DNA from: Thermoanaerobaculia bacterium
GTDB taxonomy: Bacteria; Acidobacteriota; Thermoanaerobaculia; Multivoradales; Multivoraceae
NCBI GenBank assembly: GCA_963666565.1
Contig: OY762911.1
Span: 32,001 to 96,000 of the forward strand
DNA length: 64,000 nucleotides
Direction: 5' to 3'
In this document: positions 18,004 through 26,621 of the stretch, piece after piece
Layout of the letters: every line of letters starts with the position of its first letter
Position numbering within the stretch: position 1 is the stretch's first letter
Program-made: the position numbers and the translations under genes
The notes under the pieces: generated by a model
Databases searched by the model: none
Seen by the model: only the letters and a program-made list of their open reading frames with translations
Told to the model about the DNA's origin: nothing

Positions 18004-18441
18004 ATGAAGAGAAGAGTCCTCATCGTCCTCTGTGCAACGGTCCTCGGGAGTTCCATGATGGCGGCAAGCGACGAGACCGTTCGGCCGGCGAAGATCGGCA
18101 AGCCGGAACTCGGCGGCAAGATCTTCGAGCGCCCGGACACGGTCGAACAGACCCACGCCGACGGGCACGTGACGCAGACGGCCACGTCCCTGGTATCGAG
18201 CGACAGGAGCTTTTCGTCCGGCATGTACAGGTCCGGGAAGACGCGGATCGAGATCGACCAGCCGTACGGCGTCGACGAGTTCATGTACTTCCTCGAAGGC
18301 GGCGTCACGCTGACGTCCTCCGACGGAACGGAACTCACGATCGACGCCGGGGAGGCGGTAACGATCCCCAAGGAGTGGACCGGAGTCTTCGAGACGGACG
18401 GCTACACGAAGATCTGGGTCATCTACTCCCCGCGTGAGTAG
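18004..18441 (+). CDS. Secreted cupin (DUF861/EutQ-like)
   Basis: DEFMYFLEGGVTL, GEAVTIPKEWTG, YTKIWVIY; AGGAG RBS. Confidence 0.82.
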   Translation: MKRRVLIVLCATVLGSSMMAASDETVRPAKIGKPELGGKIFERPDTVEQTHADGHVTQTATSLVSSDRSFSSGMYRSGKTRIEIDQPYGVDEFMYFLEGGVTLTSSDGTELTIDAGEAVTIPKEWTGVFETDGYTKIWVIYSPRE

Positions 18442-18565
18442 GCGGTCCCCGTACACCGAAGCTCTGGGGAACAAGTCGCGCCGACGGCGAGATACTGCCG
18501 GCCCTCTACCCGGCAGGCGATGAGGTTCGAGTGAGCGAGTCGCGCCGTTCCCGGCGAGCGCCGGT

Positions 18566-19078
18566 TCAGGCCGCGGCGGTCTCGATCAGGTCGCCCTTGC
18601 GCTGCAGGACGGTAACGCCCTGCTCCAGGGCCGCGCGCTTGAGGTCGTCGTGGACGTGGAAGGCCGCCAGCACGAAGCGGTGTTCGCGATCCGCGTACTC
18701 GGGAAACAGGCGCCGGAAGTTGGGCGCCTTGACCTCCAGCAGCCGCCGCAGATCCTTCTCGTGCGCCTTGTACTTGACCTCCACGACGAACACCGTCCGT
18801 CCGTTGACAAACAGCAGGTCGAACTCGTCCTCCAGCCCGGCGTGGCTGCGGGTGCGGTTCTTTTCGACGAAGTCGAAGCGCACCCCGCCGAGAACCGGGT
18901 CGCCCTTCAGGCTGTTGTAGTAGAACTCCTCGGCCACCGCGCCCTGGTTGTTGCCGACGCCGCCGTACATCTCCGCGAGCCGGTCCAGTTTGGCGTCGGT
19001 CTTCGCCATCTGGGCGTCGGTTCGCTCCTGCGCCGCGGCGATGCGGACTACAAGAGCCTTCAGTTCGTCGTCGGTCAT
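18566..19078 (-). CDS. Coiled-coil plus PD-(D/E)XK-like protein (DUF3782-like)
   Basis: QERTDAQMAKTDAKL heptads, GAVAEEFYY, EFDLL...VVEVK. Confidence 0.75.
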   Translation of the reverse strand: MTDDELKALVVRIAAAQERTDAQMAKTDAKLDRLAEMYGGVGNNQGAVAEEFYYNSLKGDPVLGGVRFDFVEKNRTRSHAGLEDEFDLLFVNGRTVFVVEVKYKAHEKDLRRLLEVKAPNFRRLFPEYADREHRFVLAAFHVHDDLKRAALEQGVTVLQRKGDLIETAAA

Positions 19079-19289
19079 GGCCAGCCGTCCAATCTCCGCG
19101 AGCCAGTGTATCCGAGGCAGGCTCACTGCGGCGGCAAAATGCCGAACGGTCCGTCGTTCGACGACGGCCTCGTTGGACGCGGCGCTCCAGGCGCCGCCCG
19201 TTCCCCGTCGACCGCGCCATCGCGGCGCCGCCGCTCCGGCGCCGCGGCCCATCGACCCTCCAGGGCGACGAGAAGCGACCGGGCCGTAC

Positions 19290-20048
19290 TCAGTTCCACC
19301 AGGGCTTGTCGTTGTAGGCGCGCACGTCCAGCTCGAAGGTCCAGGTGGATCGGTGCTGTCGCACGAGATGGACGTAGGTCTCCGCCACCTGCTCGGGCAG
19401 GATGAGGCCGTCGGCCGCTCCCTTCGTGCTGCGGAGGGCTTCGAAGCGCTCCGGGCCGAGCATCTTGCCCAGCGTGTCCGGTGCGTCGACCGTTCCGTCC
19501 ACGAGCACGTGAGCCACGTGGATTCCCTTCGGAGCGAACTCGGCGTTCAGCGTCTGGCAGAGCAGGCGGCGGCCCCCCATCGCGGCCGCATGGGAGTGCT
19601 GCCCCGCGTTGCCGCGCGCCGCGGCCGTGGCCGAGGTGACGATCAGGGTTCCCTGGCCGTGCTCGACCATCCGGGGACAGAGCGCGGAGGCCGTGCGGAA
19701 CAGCCCGAACGTCGCCATGCGCCAGCCGAGCTCGAAGGCCTTGTAGCTGGTGTCGGCGAGCGCCCGATCGCCGATCTGGGCGCCGAGGTTGTATATGAAC
19801 ACCTCGATCGGGCCGATCTCCTCCTCCACGTGGGCGATCCGATCCTCGATGGCGTTCTCCTCGACGGCGTTCAGGAGGAAGCCGGAGGCTTCCCCTCCCT
19901 CGTCGCGAATGCCGGCGACCAGGGCGTTCAGCCCGTCTTCGTCGCTCCGGCGACAGAGAACCGCGTGGTACCCCTCGCGAGCGAACCTCCGGCCCGCGGT
20001 ACCGCCGATCCCGGCGCCGGCGCCCATGACAAAGCAGACTGGTTTCAT
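19290..20048 (-). CDS. SDR family oxidoreductase
   Basis: VMGAGAGIG, YNLGA, GIHVAHVLVDG; ATGA coupling. Confidence 0.9.
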   Translation of the reverse strand: MKPVCFVMGAGAGIGGTAGRRFAREGYHAVLCRRSDEDGLNALVAGIRDEGGEASGFLLNAVEENAIEDRIAHVEEEIGPIEVFIYNLGAQIGDRALADTSYKAFELGWRMATFGLFRTASALCPRMVEHGQGTLIVTSATAAARGNAGQHSHAAAMGGRRLLCQTLNAEFAPKGIHVAHVLVDGTVDAPDTLGKMLGPERFEALRSTKGAADGLILPEQVAETYVHLVRQHRSTWTFELDVRAYNDKPWWN

Positions 20049-20791
20049 TGTCGTTCTCCCTGGTCGTTCCCGGACGGGGTCCTCTTCAGCCACAGGTCCT
20101 TGAACTCGACCCGCATCCCCGCGTCGTGGATCTGCAGGCCGATGGCACCCTTGTCCAGGCGTTCTTCGTTCGCGTTGTCGGTGAACTCGGAGGCGAGCTT
20201 GCCGTTGATGAAGAACCGGTAGTGCCGTCCTTTGGCGACGACGCGGACCCGGTTCCAGCCATGACGTGTGATGTCGCTCTCGCTCACGGCGTCCTCGATC
20301 TCGCTGGTGTGCGTCGTTCCGTCCGGATCGATCACCAGGCTCGTGCCGCGAAAACAGGCGTACTCTTCCCGCGCGACGAAGTGGAAGTCCCACGCGCCGA
20401 GAACGTGCGGCCCGATGCCCAAGTGGCCGAGATCCGCGTGGTAGCCCACGAACGGCCGCTTGCCGCTCGGATCCTCCACGGCGTGGATCTGGATTCCGCT
20501 GTTGCCGTTGCCGGGAAAGCGGTAGCTCGCTTCCAGTTCGAAATCCGTCAGCTCGACGTCGTCGTAGACGAGGTAGACGAGACGATCCACGCTGCCCTGT
20601 CCGACGATGACGCCGTCTTCGACGGACCAGTCCGAGATGGAGTCGGCCGGCACCGCGTGCCAGCCGTCCAGCGTCCTGCCATCGAACATGGAGACGAGTC
20701 CGTCGTCCTCCTGCTCCTGCGCCGTTGCGGTCCACGCGGTCCCGGGCGCCAGGACGAGTACGGCAATGACGGACTTCCACATCTTCTTCAC
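20045..20791 (-). CDS. DUF1080 (3-keto-disaccharide hydrolase-like) secreted protein
   Basis: FDGRTLDGW, WSVEDGVIVG, DFEL, NSGI, WN, GAIGLQIH, VEFKDL. Confidence 0.88.
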   Translation of the reverse strand: MKKMWKSVIAVLVLAPGTAWTATAQEQEDDGLVSMFDGRTLDGWHAVPADSISDWSVEDGVIVGQGSVDRLVYLVYDDVELTDFELEASYRFPGNGNSGIQIHAVEDPSGKRPFVGYHADLGHLGIGPHVLGAWDFHFVAREEYACFRGTSLVIDPDGTTHTSEIEDAVSESDITRHGWNRVRVVAKGRHYRFFINGKLASEFTDNANEERLDKGAIGLQIHDAGMRVEFKDLWLKRTPSGNDQGERQ

Positions 20792-20836
20792 CTGGGTGCG
20801 CCGGCGGTCCCGCCGGCATCCGGCGCGAAAGCGCCA
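20792..20836. repeat. REP-like family B
   Basis: CTGGGTGCGCCGGCGGTCCCGCCGGCATCCGGCGCGAAAGCGCCA. Confidence 0.7.
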
Positions 20837-20857
20837 GCCTCTGGAACTTCTACCACG

Positions 20858-23800
20858 CTAGCTCCTCGTGCCCAGGGTCGTGACGTACTTGAAGAGGTCC
20901 AGAAGCTGAGCCTGCGACAACAACGACGTCAAGCCGGTGGGCATCGGGCTTCCCGTCTCTCGGACTTCCTCGATGTCTTCGGCCTTGATCGTGACGAGTT
21001 CCCCCGTGGCGAGGTCCTGGATCACCAGATCGCCGGTCGTCGCGCTCTCCTGCGTCCAGCGCTTGTACCCCTGGTAGATCGTGAAGTCCCGGGTCACGAT
21101 CTCCAGTGCGGTGAATCCTTCCTTGATCTCGCGATTCGGCCACAGCGTCTCTTCGACGATGCGTTCGGCGGAGAGCGTCGTGCCGACCGCGGTCAGGCTC
21201 GGCCCGACGACGCCTCCCCGCTCGCCGACCCGGTGGCACGCGTCGCAGCCGAAGTCGACGAAAAGCGTGGCGCCCCGCGCTGCATCGCCCCGTGCGGCGG
21301 CGTTCTCGGCAAGGCTCTTCACCAAGTCCGCATCGTAGTCCAGCTCCAGCGATGCCCCTCCGCTTGCGGTGTTGAGAGCGGCCAGAAGGACGCTGTCCGA
21401 ACGGCCGCTCGCGTAGAAGGAACGGAGCAGCGACTTCGCTGCGTCGTGCCCGAGTTCGCCAGCCTCGATCGCCGCGGTCAAGGCCGGCACGCCACCTTCG
21501 CGGTTGAGAAACGCGACGAGTGCCCGAACGGCCGTGGCCCCGTCCAGATCGGGTTCTCCGAACAGGCCGACCGCCAGCTTCGCCGCCGATCTCGAGTCGA
21601 GGGTAACGAGCGCTTCGATCGCGGAGACGCGCAGCGCGGGTGCGTGCGGTGCCTCGGCATGTTCCGCGAGCAACTCTCTCGCGCCGTTGGCCCCGAGCTC
21701 CGCGACGGCGCCGAAAGCGGCGGTCCGCGCGAACTCGGGAAGCGACTCGTCCCCGGCCATCGCGAGCAGACTCTCCCACGTGTCCTCGGCCCGCCAGACC
21801 CCGGCCAGGACGGCGGCATTGGCGCGGAGCCGGTGATTCGGGTGCTCCAGCATCTTCGCCAAGCCCCAAGGCTTGTCGTACGGATCGAGACGTCCGGAAC
21901 GGGTCGCCGTGGCGGCGGCGGCCAGGATCCGCGCGTGCGCATCGGCGTCGTACCTGCCGGCGCTCACGTAGCGATCCGGCATGAGGACGAACTCTTCGAT
22001 CTCTTCCTTCCCACCTTGCCCCAGCAGATTCTCGATCGCGCCCAGCCGCGTGTCATCGTCGAGGTGGTACGACAGGGCGATCCGGCGAAGGTCGGCGATT
22101 CGGTCCCTTCCCCCGGCGCGGTTCAGCACCTCGGCGAGATGGTCCGGCTTGTCGAACCGGAGGTCTCCGCGTTCGTGCGCCGCTTCCCAGTGCGGCTTGA
22201 GGTGCTGGATCGCCTGCGAGAAGACGTACTCCATCGAGTCGTCCATGGGGCGGTCCGCCGCGTGCGCGACCACGGTGACGGACTCCGGTTGGGGAATCGC
22301 GGCTGCCGCGGCGACGGCCTCCATCCGCACCTGCGCGTCGTCGTCTTCCACCCGCCTGGCGAGGAGCGCCAGCGGATCCTCCAGGCGGTCGTGCCACCGG
22401 CCCACGATGCGCGACGCGAAGGCACGTCCGCCCGGCGCCTTCGCTTCCAGCAACTTCGCCAGGACCGCCGGCGCCGGAACCTCGATCGTGGCGTAGGCGC
22501 CGACCGCCTCGTAGAGGTGGCGCTCGTACTCCGCGCCCTCTGGATCCAGGCTCCCGACCCACGTTCCGAGGGCGGCCGCGACCTTCTCCGTTTCGCGGCG
22601 CGTGAGTTCGCGCTTCGCCTGATAGCGCGTCCAGTGCTCCGGCGCTTCGAGGGCGGCTACGACCTCCTGAAGCGGCGCGTCCAGGAGCTTCGGAGGCTTC
22701 ACAAGCGGCGCCGAGGAAGCGGCGATCCGCCAGATCCGACCGTGCGCCTTGTCGCGCGTGGGATCGCGGTACTCGTCGTCCTGGTGGCAGATGATCGGGT
22801 TGTACCAGTCGACCACGTAGACGGCGCCGTCGGGCCCGACCTTCACGTCGATCGGACGGAAGTTCCGGTGACTCGAATGGATGAGCGGCTCTTCCCACTT
22901 CAGAGCTGCCCCTGAACCGTCGGCTACAACGGAGAACCGCTTCACCCGATTCGCCTGGTAGTCGCCGATCGCGAATTGGCCCCGGTACTCCGGCGGCAGA
23001 TGACGACCGTCGAGAAAGGCGATGCCGGCGTAGCCGCCGGGCTCGCCGATCGTGTCGAGGCGGCGCCGGTGAGTGGTCGGGATCTGGCCAAGGGACAGAT
23101 GCGTTACGCCGCCCGCGCCGTCGACGCTGAAGATCTGCCCCCATTCGCCGAACGCGACGCCCCAGGGATTGCCGGGGCCCATGAAGTCGTACAGAAGGGG
23201 ATGCATCTGCAACAGACGCGGCCGCAGCCGGAAGAACCCGGACTGGTACAGGTCGGCGGACCCCCAGGGAGTTTCGACACGCGACTCGATGCCGTCTCCC
23301 TGGCCCATGTACAGCTCGCCGCCCGGACTCCAGACGAAGGAGTTGATCGTCTGGTGGGCATCTCCCGTTCCGAATCCGCCCAGCAGGACGCGCCGCGCAT
23401 CCGCCCTCCCGTCGCCATCCGTGTCTTCCAGGAACAGCAGCTCGTGACCCTGTCCGACGTAGACGCCGCCGTCGCCCAGTTCCATTGCCATCGGCATGTT
23501 CAGTCCGTCGGCGAAGACGGTCGAACTCTCCGCGACGCCGTCGCGGTCGGCGTCTTCCAGCACGACGATCTTGTCGTTCGGCGCGTCGCCGGGGAACACA
23601 TGCGGATAGGCCGTCGTGACCGTCACGTACGCGCGGCCGGCCGTGTCCCAGCGAATCGCAAGCGGATTCGTGAGGCCGTCCGCCTCCGACGCGAAGAGAT
23701 TGACCTTCATGCCGTCCGGCACGGTGAACGAAGCAAGCTCCGCCTCGATGTCCGCTGCAGGATGACCGAAGAGCTCTTCGGGCTCGGGGCGTTGATGCCC

Positions 23801-24727
23801 CGGATCCGGACCGCCATTCGCCACTGTCCAGACCCGCTCTTCCGTCTTCTCGATCATGCCGACGAGCTGCTGCCACTCCTCGCGAAAGGAGAGATAGCCG
23901 TGGCTCGACCTGGTAAAGCGCCGCGTCGAGTCGTCGCCGTGGAGCAGCTTCCAGTTGGCGGGTCGCCAGTAGTCGAACCACAGGCGTTGCTTCTCGACGA
24001 CCGCAGCACGAAGCGTGGCCAACCGGTCCCAGGCAGGGACCTCGAAGCCGAGCTCCTGCGCGATCGTCTCGGAGACCCGCCGCAGCGACTCTTCCTTGAG
24101 GTGCATGCCGTTTTCGGTCAAGTCCGGCTCAGCGTCCGAAAAGAGGTCGACGAAGAGGAGGCCTCGCTGCGCGGCGATCCTCTTCGTTGCCCGGACGTAC
24201 CGTGCAAGAGACCGATTGTGGTGCTCCAGGTTAGGCAGAAACTCGCTCGCCGGCTTCTCGAAGGGCGTGGGAGACACGAGCACGACCTGGTCGGCGTGCT
24301 TCAGAAATCCGTCGACCAGGGCGTTGTACGCCGACTTGAACGACTCGAGCCCTTCGCTTCCCGACATCGATTCGAGCTTGCCGAACTGCGCGACGACAAC
24401 CGTGGCGCCGACGCGTTCGAGCTGAGCGTCCCAGTCGCCGAAGCCGTCTTCGCGCCAGCGTTCCAGCGAGGAGCCCTGCCGGAAGACGGTGTCCGCTTCC
24501 CAGGAGAGATCGCGGAACACGGGACGAACCCCGGCGAAGGCGTCCGTCAGGACGGTCTCCAGGTAGCCCGCCCGCTGCAGACGCACCATGTCGGCGCCGC
24601 CCGCGACCACGACCACTTCGCCTTCGCCCAGGTCCAGCGGAGGCGGCGCCTGCGTGCAGCTCGCCAGGAGGATTCCCGACAGGATCAAGGTCGCCGGGAA
24701 CCGTGGGCGGGAGAGTCTTCTCGTCAT
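20858..24727 (-). CDS. PVC-type heme-binding CxxCH protein (SGNH-like, beta-propeller, HEAT-like and cytochrome c domains)
   Basis: LASC lipobox, FRPIDVKVGPDGAVYVVDWYN, HGRIWRI, CDACH, GPSLT, SPMPTGL. Confidence 0.88.
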   Translation of the reverse strand: MTRRLSRPRFPATLILSGILLASCTQAPPPLDLGEGEVVVVAGGADMVRLQRAGYLETVLTDAFAGVRPVFRDLSWEADTVFRQGSSLERWREDGFGDWDAQLERVGATVVVAQFGKLESMSGSEGLESFKSAYNALVDGFLKHADQVVLVSPTPFEKPASEFLPNLEHHNRSLARYVRATKRIAAQRGLLFVDLFSDAEPDLTENGMHLKEESLRRVSETIAQELGFEVPAWDRLATLRAAVVEKQRLWFDYWRPANWKLLHGDDSTRRFTRSSHGYLSFREEWQQLVGMIEKTEERVWTVANGGPDPGHQRPEPEELFGHPAADIEAELASFTVPDGMKVNLFASEADGLTNPLAIRWDTAGRAYVTVTTAYPHVFPGDAPNDKIVVLEDADRDGVAESSTVFADGLNMPMAMELGDGGVYVGQGHELLFLEDTDGDGRADARRVLLGGFGTGDAHQTINSFVWSPGGELYMGQGDGIESRVETPWGSADLYQSGFFRLRPRLLQMHPLLYDFMGPGNPWGVAFGEWGQIFSVDGAGGVTHLSLGQIPTTHRRRLDTIGEPGGYAGIAFLDGRHLPPEYRGQFAIGDYQANRVKRFSVVADGSGAALKWEEPLIHSSHRNFRPIDVKVGPDGAVYVVDWYNPIICHQDDEYRDPTRDKAHGRIWRIAASSAPLVKPPKLLDAPLQEVVAALEAPEHWTRYQAKRELTRRETEKVAAALGTWVGSLDPEGAEYERHLYEAVGAYATIEVPAPAVLAKLLEAKAPGGRAFASRIVGRWHDRLEDPLALLARRVEDDDAQVRMEAVAAAAAIPQPESVTVVAHAADRPMDDSMEYVFSQAIQHLKPHWEAAHERGDLRFDKPDHLAEVLNRAGGRDRIADLRRIALSYHLDDDTRLGAIENLLGQGGKEEIEEFVLMPDRYVSAGRYDADAHARILAAAATATRSGRLDPYDKPWGLAKMLEHPNHRLRANAAVLAGVWRAEDTWESLLAMAGDESLPEFARTAAFGAVAELGANGARELLAEHAEAPHAPALRVSAIEALVTLDSRSAAKLAVGLFGEPDLDGATAVRALVAFLNREGGVPALTAAIEAGELGHDAAKSLLRSFYASGRSDSVLLAALNTASGGASLELDYDADLVKSLAENAAARGDAARGATLFVDFGCDACHRVGERGGVVGPSLTAVGTTLSAERIVEETLWPNREIKEGFTALEIVTRDFTIYQGYKRWTQESATTGDLVIQDLATGELVTIKAEDIEEVRETGSPMPTGLTSLLSQAQLLDLFKYVTTLGTRS

Positions 24728-24741
24728 GCGACCTGCTTTGT

Positions 24742-25032
24742 CTACCCGAGTTCCCCAGTCGCGTATCTGTGCAGGATGCTGGAGATGAGAGTCTGGTACG
24801 GAACTCCCTCGCGGGCCGCCAGGCGCTTGATCTCGACGAGGTCGTGGCTCGGTAGGCGGATGTTGATTCGCTTGTCCTTACGGAGCGTCTCGCGAGCGGC
24901 AGACTCGAGAAGCCGGGCATCCCGACGAGAGCCCGAGGCTCTTCGCAGACTTCCTTCCTCGTACGCTCTCAGGATCTCGCGCTCTTCCGGGTCGAGTCCT
25001 TCTGAATCGAGTTTCGTCGTCCCCTGGGTCAT
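24742..25032 (-). CDS. CopG/BrnA-like antitoxin
   Basis: KDKRINIRL...AAREGVPYQTLISSILHRY. Confidence 0.85.
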   Translation of the reverse strand: MTQGTTKLDSEGLDPEEREILRAYEEGSLRRASGSRRDARLLESAARETLRKDKRINIRLPSHDLVEIKRLAAREGVPYQTLISSILHRYATGELG

Positions 25033-25313
25033 TCCTCGCTCCTCTCCCTCAGGTACTTCTTCGTCGCTTTCCGGCTTGGGATGATCGTCTTCAGGAAGAA
25101 GTCGCCTCCTTCGGTCTGGACGTAGGGAACCAGGGAGGCGTACCTGCTCACCTCGATCACGGCGATCCGCTGGTGAGACCGTTCTGGACTCGGATGGTCG
25201 AGGACATCAACCAGAGCACCCGATTCGATCAGCGTTGCAACCTCCTCGAAGCTGACCCCGCGCTCGGCGATCAGGCGTCTGTTCTTCGCAGGATCCCATA
25301 GGCAACGGCTCAT
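25029..25313 (-). CDS. BrnT-like toxin
   Basis: WDPAKNRRLIAERGVSFEEV...FLKTIIPSRKATKKY; ATGA coupling to the antitoxin. Confidence 0.85.
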   Translation of the reverse strand: MSRCLWDPAKNRRLIAERGVSFEEVATLIESGALVDVLDHPSPERSHQRIAVIEVSRYASLVPYVQTEGGDFFLKTIIPSRKATKKYLRERSEE

Positions 25314-25364
25314 ACCAATCGGCGCTCATTGTCGCCCATTGTGTGCCGATCGTCAACTCGCCCG

Positions 25365-26621
25365 TCAACCGAGCGGGAAGAGTCGGCGTCGCACCACGAG
25401 ACGTCCGGGCTTGCGGAACTCGTGGCCGTAGGGCGGTAGCGAAGAGGCTCGATCGAGTTCGACGCCGGGCCACCGCTTGAGCAGGGTCCGCAGCGCGGAG
25501 CGGGTTTCGGCGCGGGCGAGTTGGGCGCCCAGGCAGAAGTGGTTGCCGAGGCCGAAGGCCAGGTGCTTGCGGACGTTGGTCCGGCCCGGCTTGAAGCGCT
25601 CGGGGTCTTCGAACACCACCGGGTCCCGGTTGGCGCCGCCGACCATGCACTGCACGGTCTCGCCGGCGGCGATCTCCGCGCCGCCCATGCGGACCGCCGT
25701 CGTCGTGTGCCGGGTGAGCGTCTGCACCGCCGGGTCGTAGCGCAGCGACTCCTCCATCACGTCCTCGACCGCGGCCAGGAAGGCCGCTTCCCCCTCGTTT
25801 CGGGAATCGAGCACGGCCTCCACGAGCCCCGGCTCGTTCAGCAGGTAGTGGAGAGCGTTGCCGATCATCGACTCCGTCGTCTCGATGCCGCCGAAGAGGA
25901 CGATCAGGAGATTCGCCAGCGTCTCGGAGCGGGGGAGCGTTCCGCTTGGCCCGGAGAGGACTTCGATCAGCGTGCCGCCATCCGCCCCACCGGCCGGCTG
26001 GTGCCCGTCCAGCTTCTCCGCCAGGTACTCGCGCATCGCGGCCGCGGCCTCCTGGCCGGCGCGATGAAGCTCGGCGTCTCCCTCGAAGTTCGCCAGCGAC
26101 CGGGCGAACACCTCGTACCAGGCGCGCACCCGCGGCAGGTCGCCGGACGGCAGGCCGACCACGATCCCCATCGTCTCCAGGGCGATCGGCGCGGCGTAGT
26201 CCGCCATCAGGTCGACCTCGACCGCCCCACCGGCGGCCGCCCGTTCGGCGGCCTCGAGGAGTTCCGCGCAGAGCCGGTCGACCCGCGGCTGCCAGACCTC
26301 CCGCGACGCCTTGCCGGCGAAGGGAGCGAGGCACGCCTGCTTGTGACGCTTCTGTTCCTCGCCCTCGACCGACAGCATCTGGCGGCCGAAGGTGGCCTGG
26401 ATGAGGGACTTCGGCGAGTCGTTGGTGAAGATCTCGGGATTGCGGAGCACGGACACCGCGTCGTCATAACCGGCGACCACCCACATGCCCAGGTTCGGCG
26501 CCCACACCGCGGCGCCCTCCGACCGCAGCTCCGCCAGGTGCGGATAGGGATCGACCGCCAGGTCCTCGAGCCGGAGCGAAGCGGCGACGGCGGACACTGG
26601 CGCTCGGCTCTGCCCGGTCAC
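25365..26621 (-). CDS. Cytochrome P450
   Basis: GGIETT I-helix, ESLR (ExxR), ANRDP, HLAFGLGNHFCLG; GTG start overlaps the upstream stop. Confidence 0.93.
   Translation of the reverse strand: MTGQSRAPVSAVAASLRLEDLAVDPYPHLAELRSEGAAVWAPNLGMWVVAGYDDAVSVLRNPEIFTNDSPKSLIQATFGRQMLSVEGEEQKRHKQACLAPFAGKASREVWQPRVDRLCAELLEAAERAAAGGAVEVDLMADYAAPIALETMGIVVGLPSGDLPRVRAWYEVFARSLANFEGDAELHRAGQEAAAAMREYLAEKLDGHQPAGGADGGTLIEVLSGPSGTLPRSETLANLLIVLFGGIETTESMIGNALHYLLNEPGLVEAVLDSRNEGEAAFLAAVEDVMEESLRYDPAVQTLTRHTTTAVRMGGAEIAAGETVQCMVGGANRDPVVFEDPERFKPGRTNVRKHLAFGLGNHFCLGAQLARAETRSALRTLLKRWPGVELDRASSLPPYGHEFRKPGRLVVRRRLFPLG

Noticed and set aside
15405-18441. Integrated prophage or genomic island at tRNA-Glu
   Set aside because: No integrase or phage genes follow the tRNA, and I saw no distant att copy in the window.
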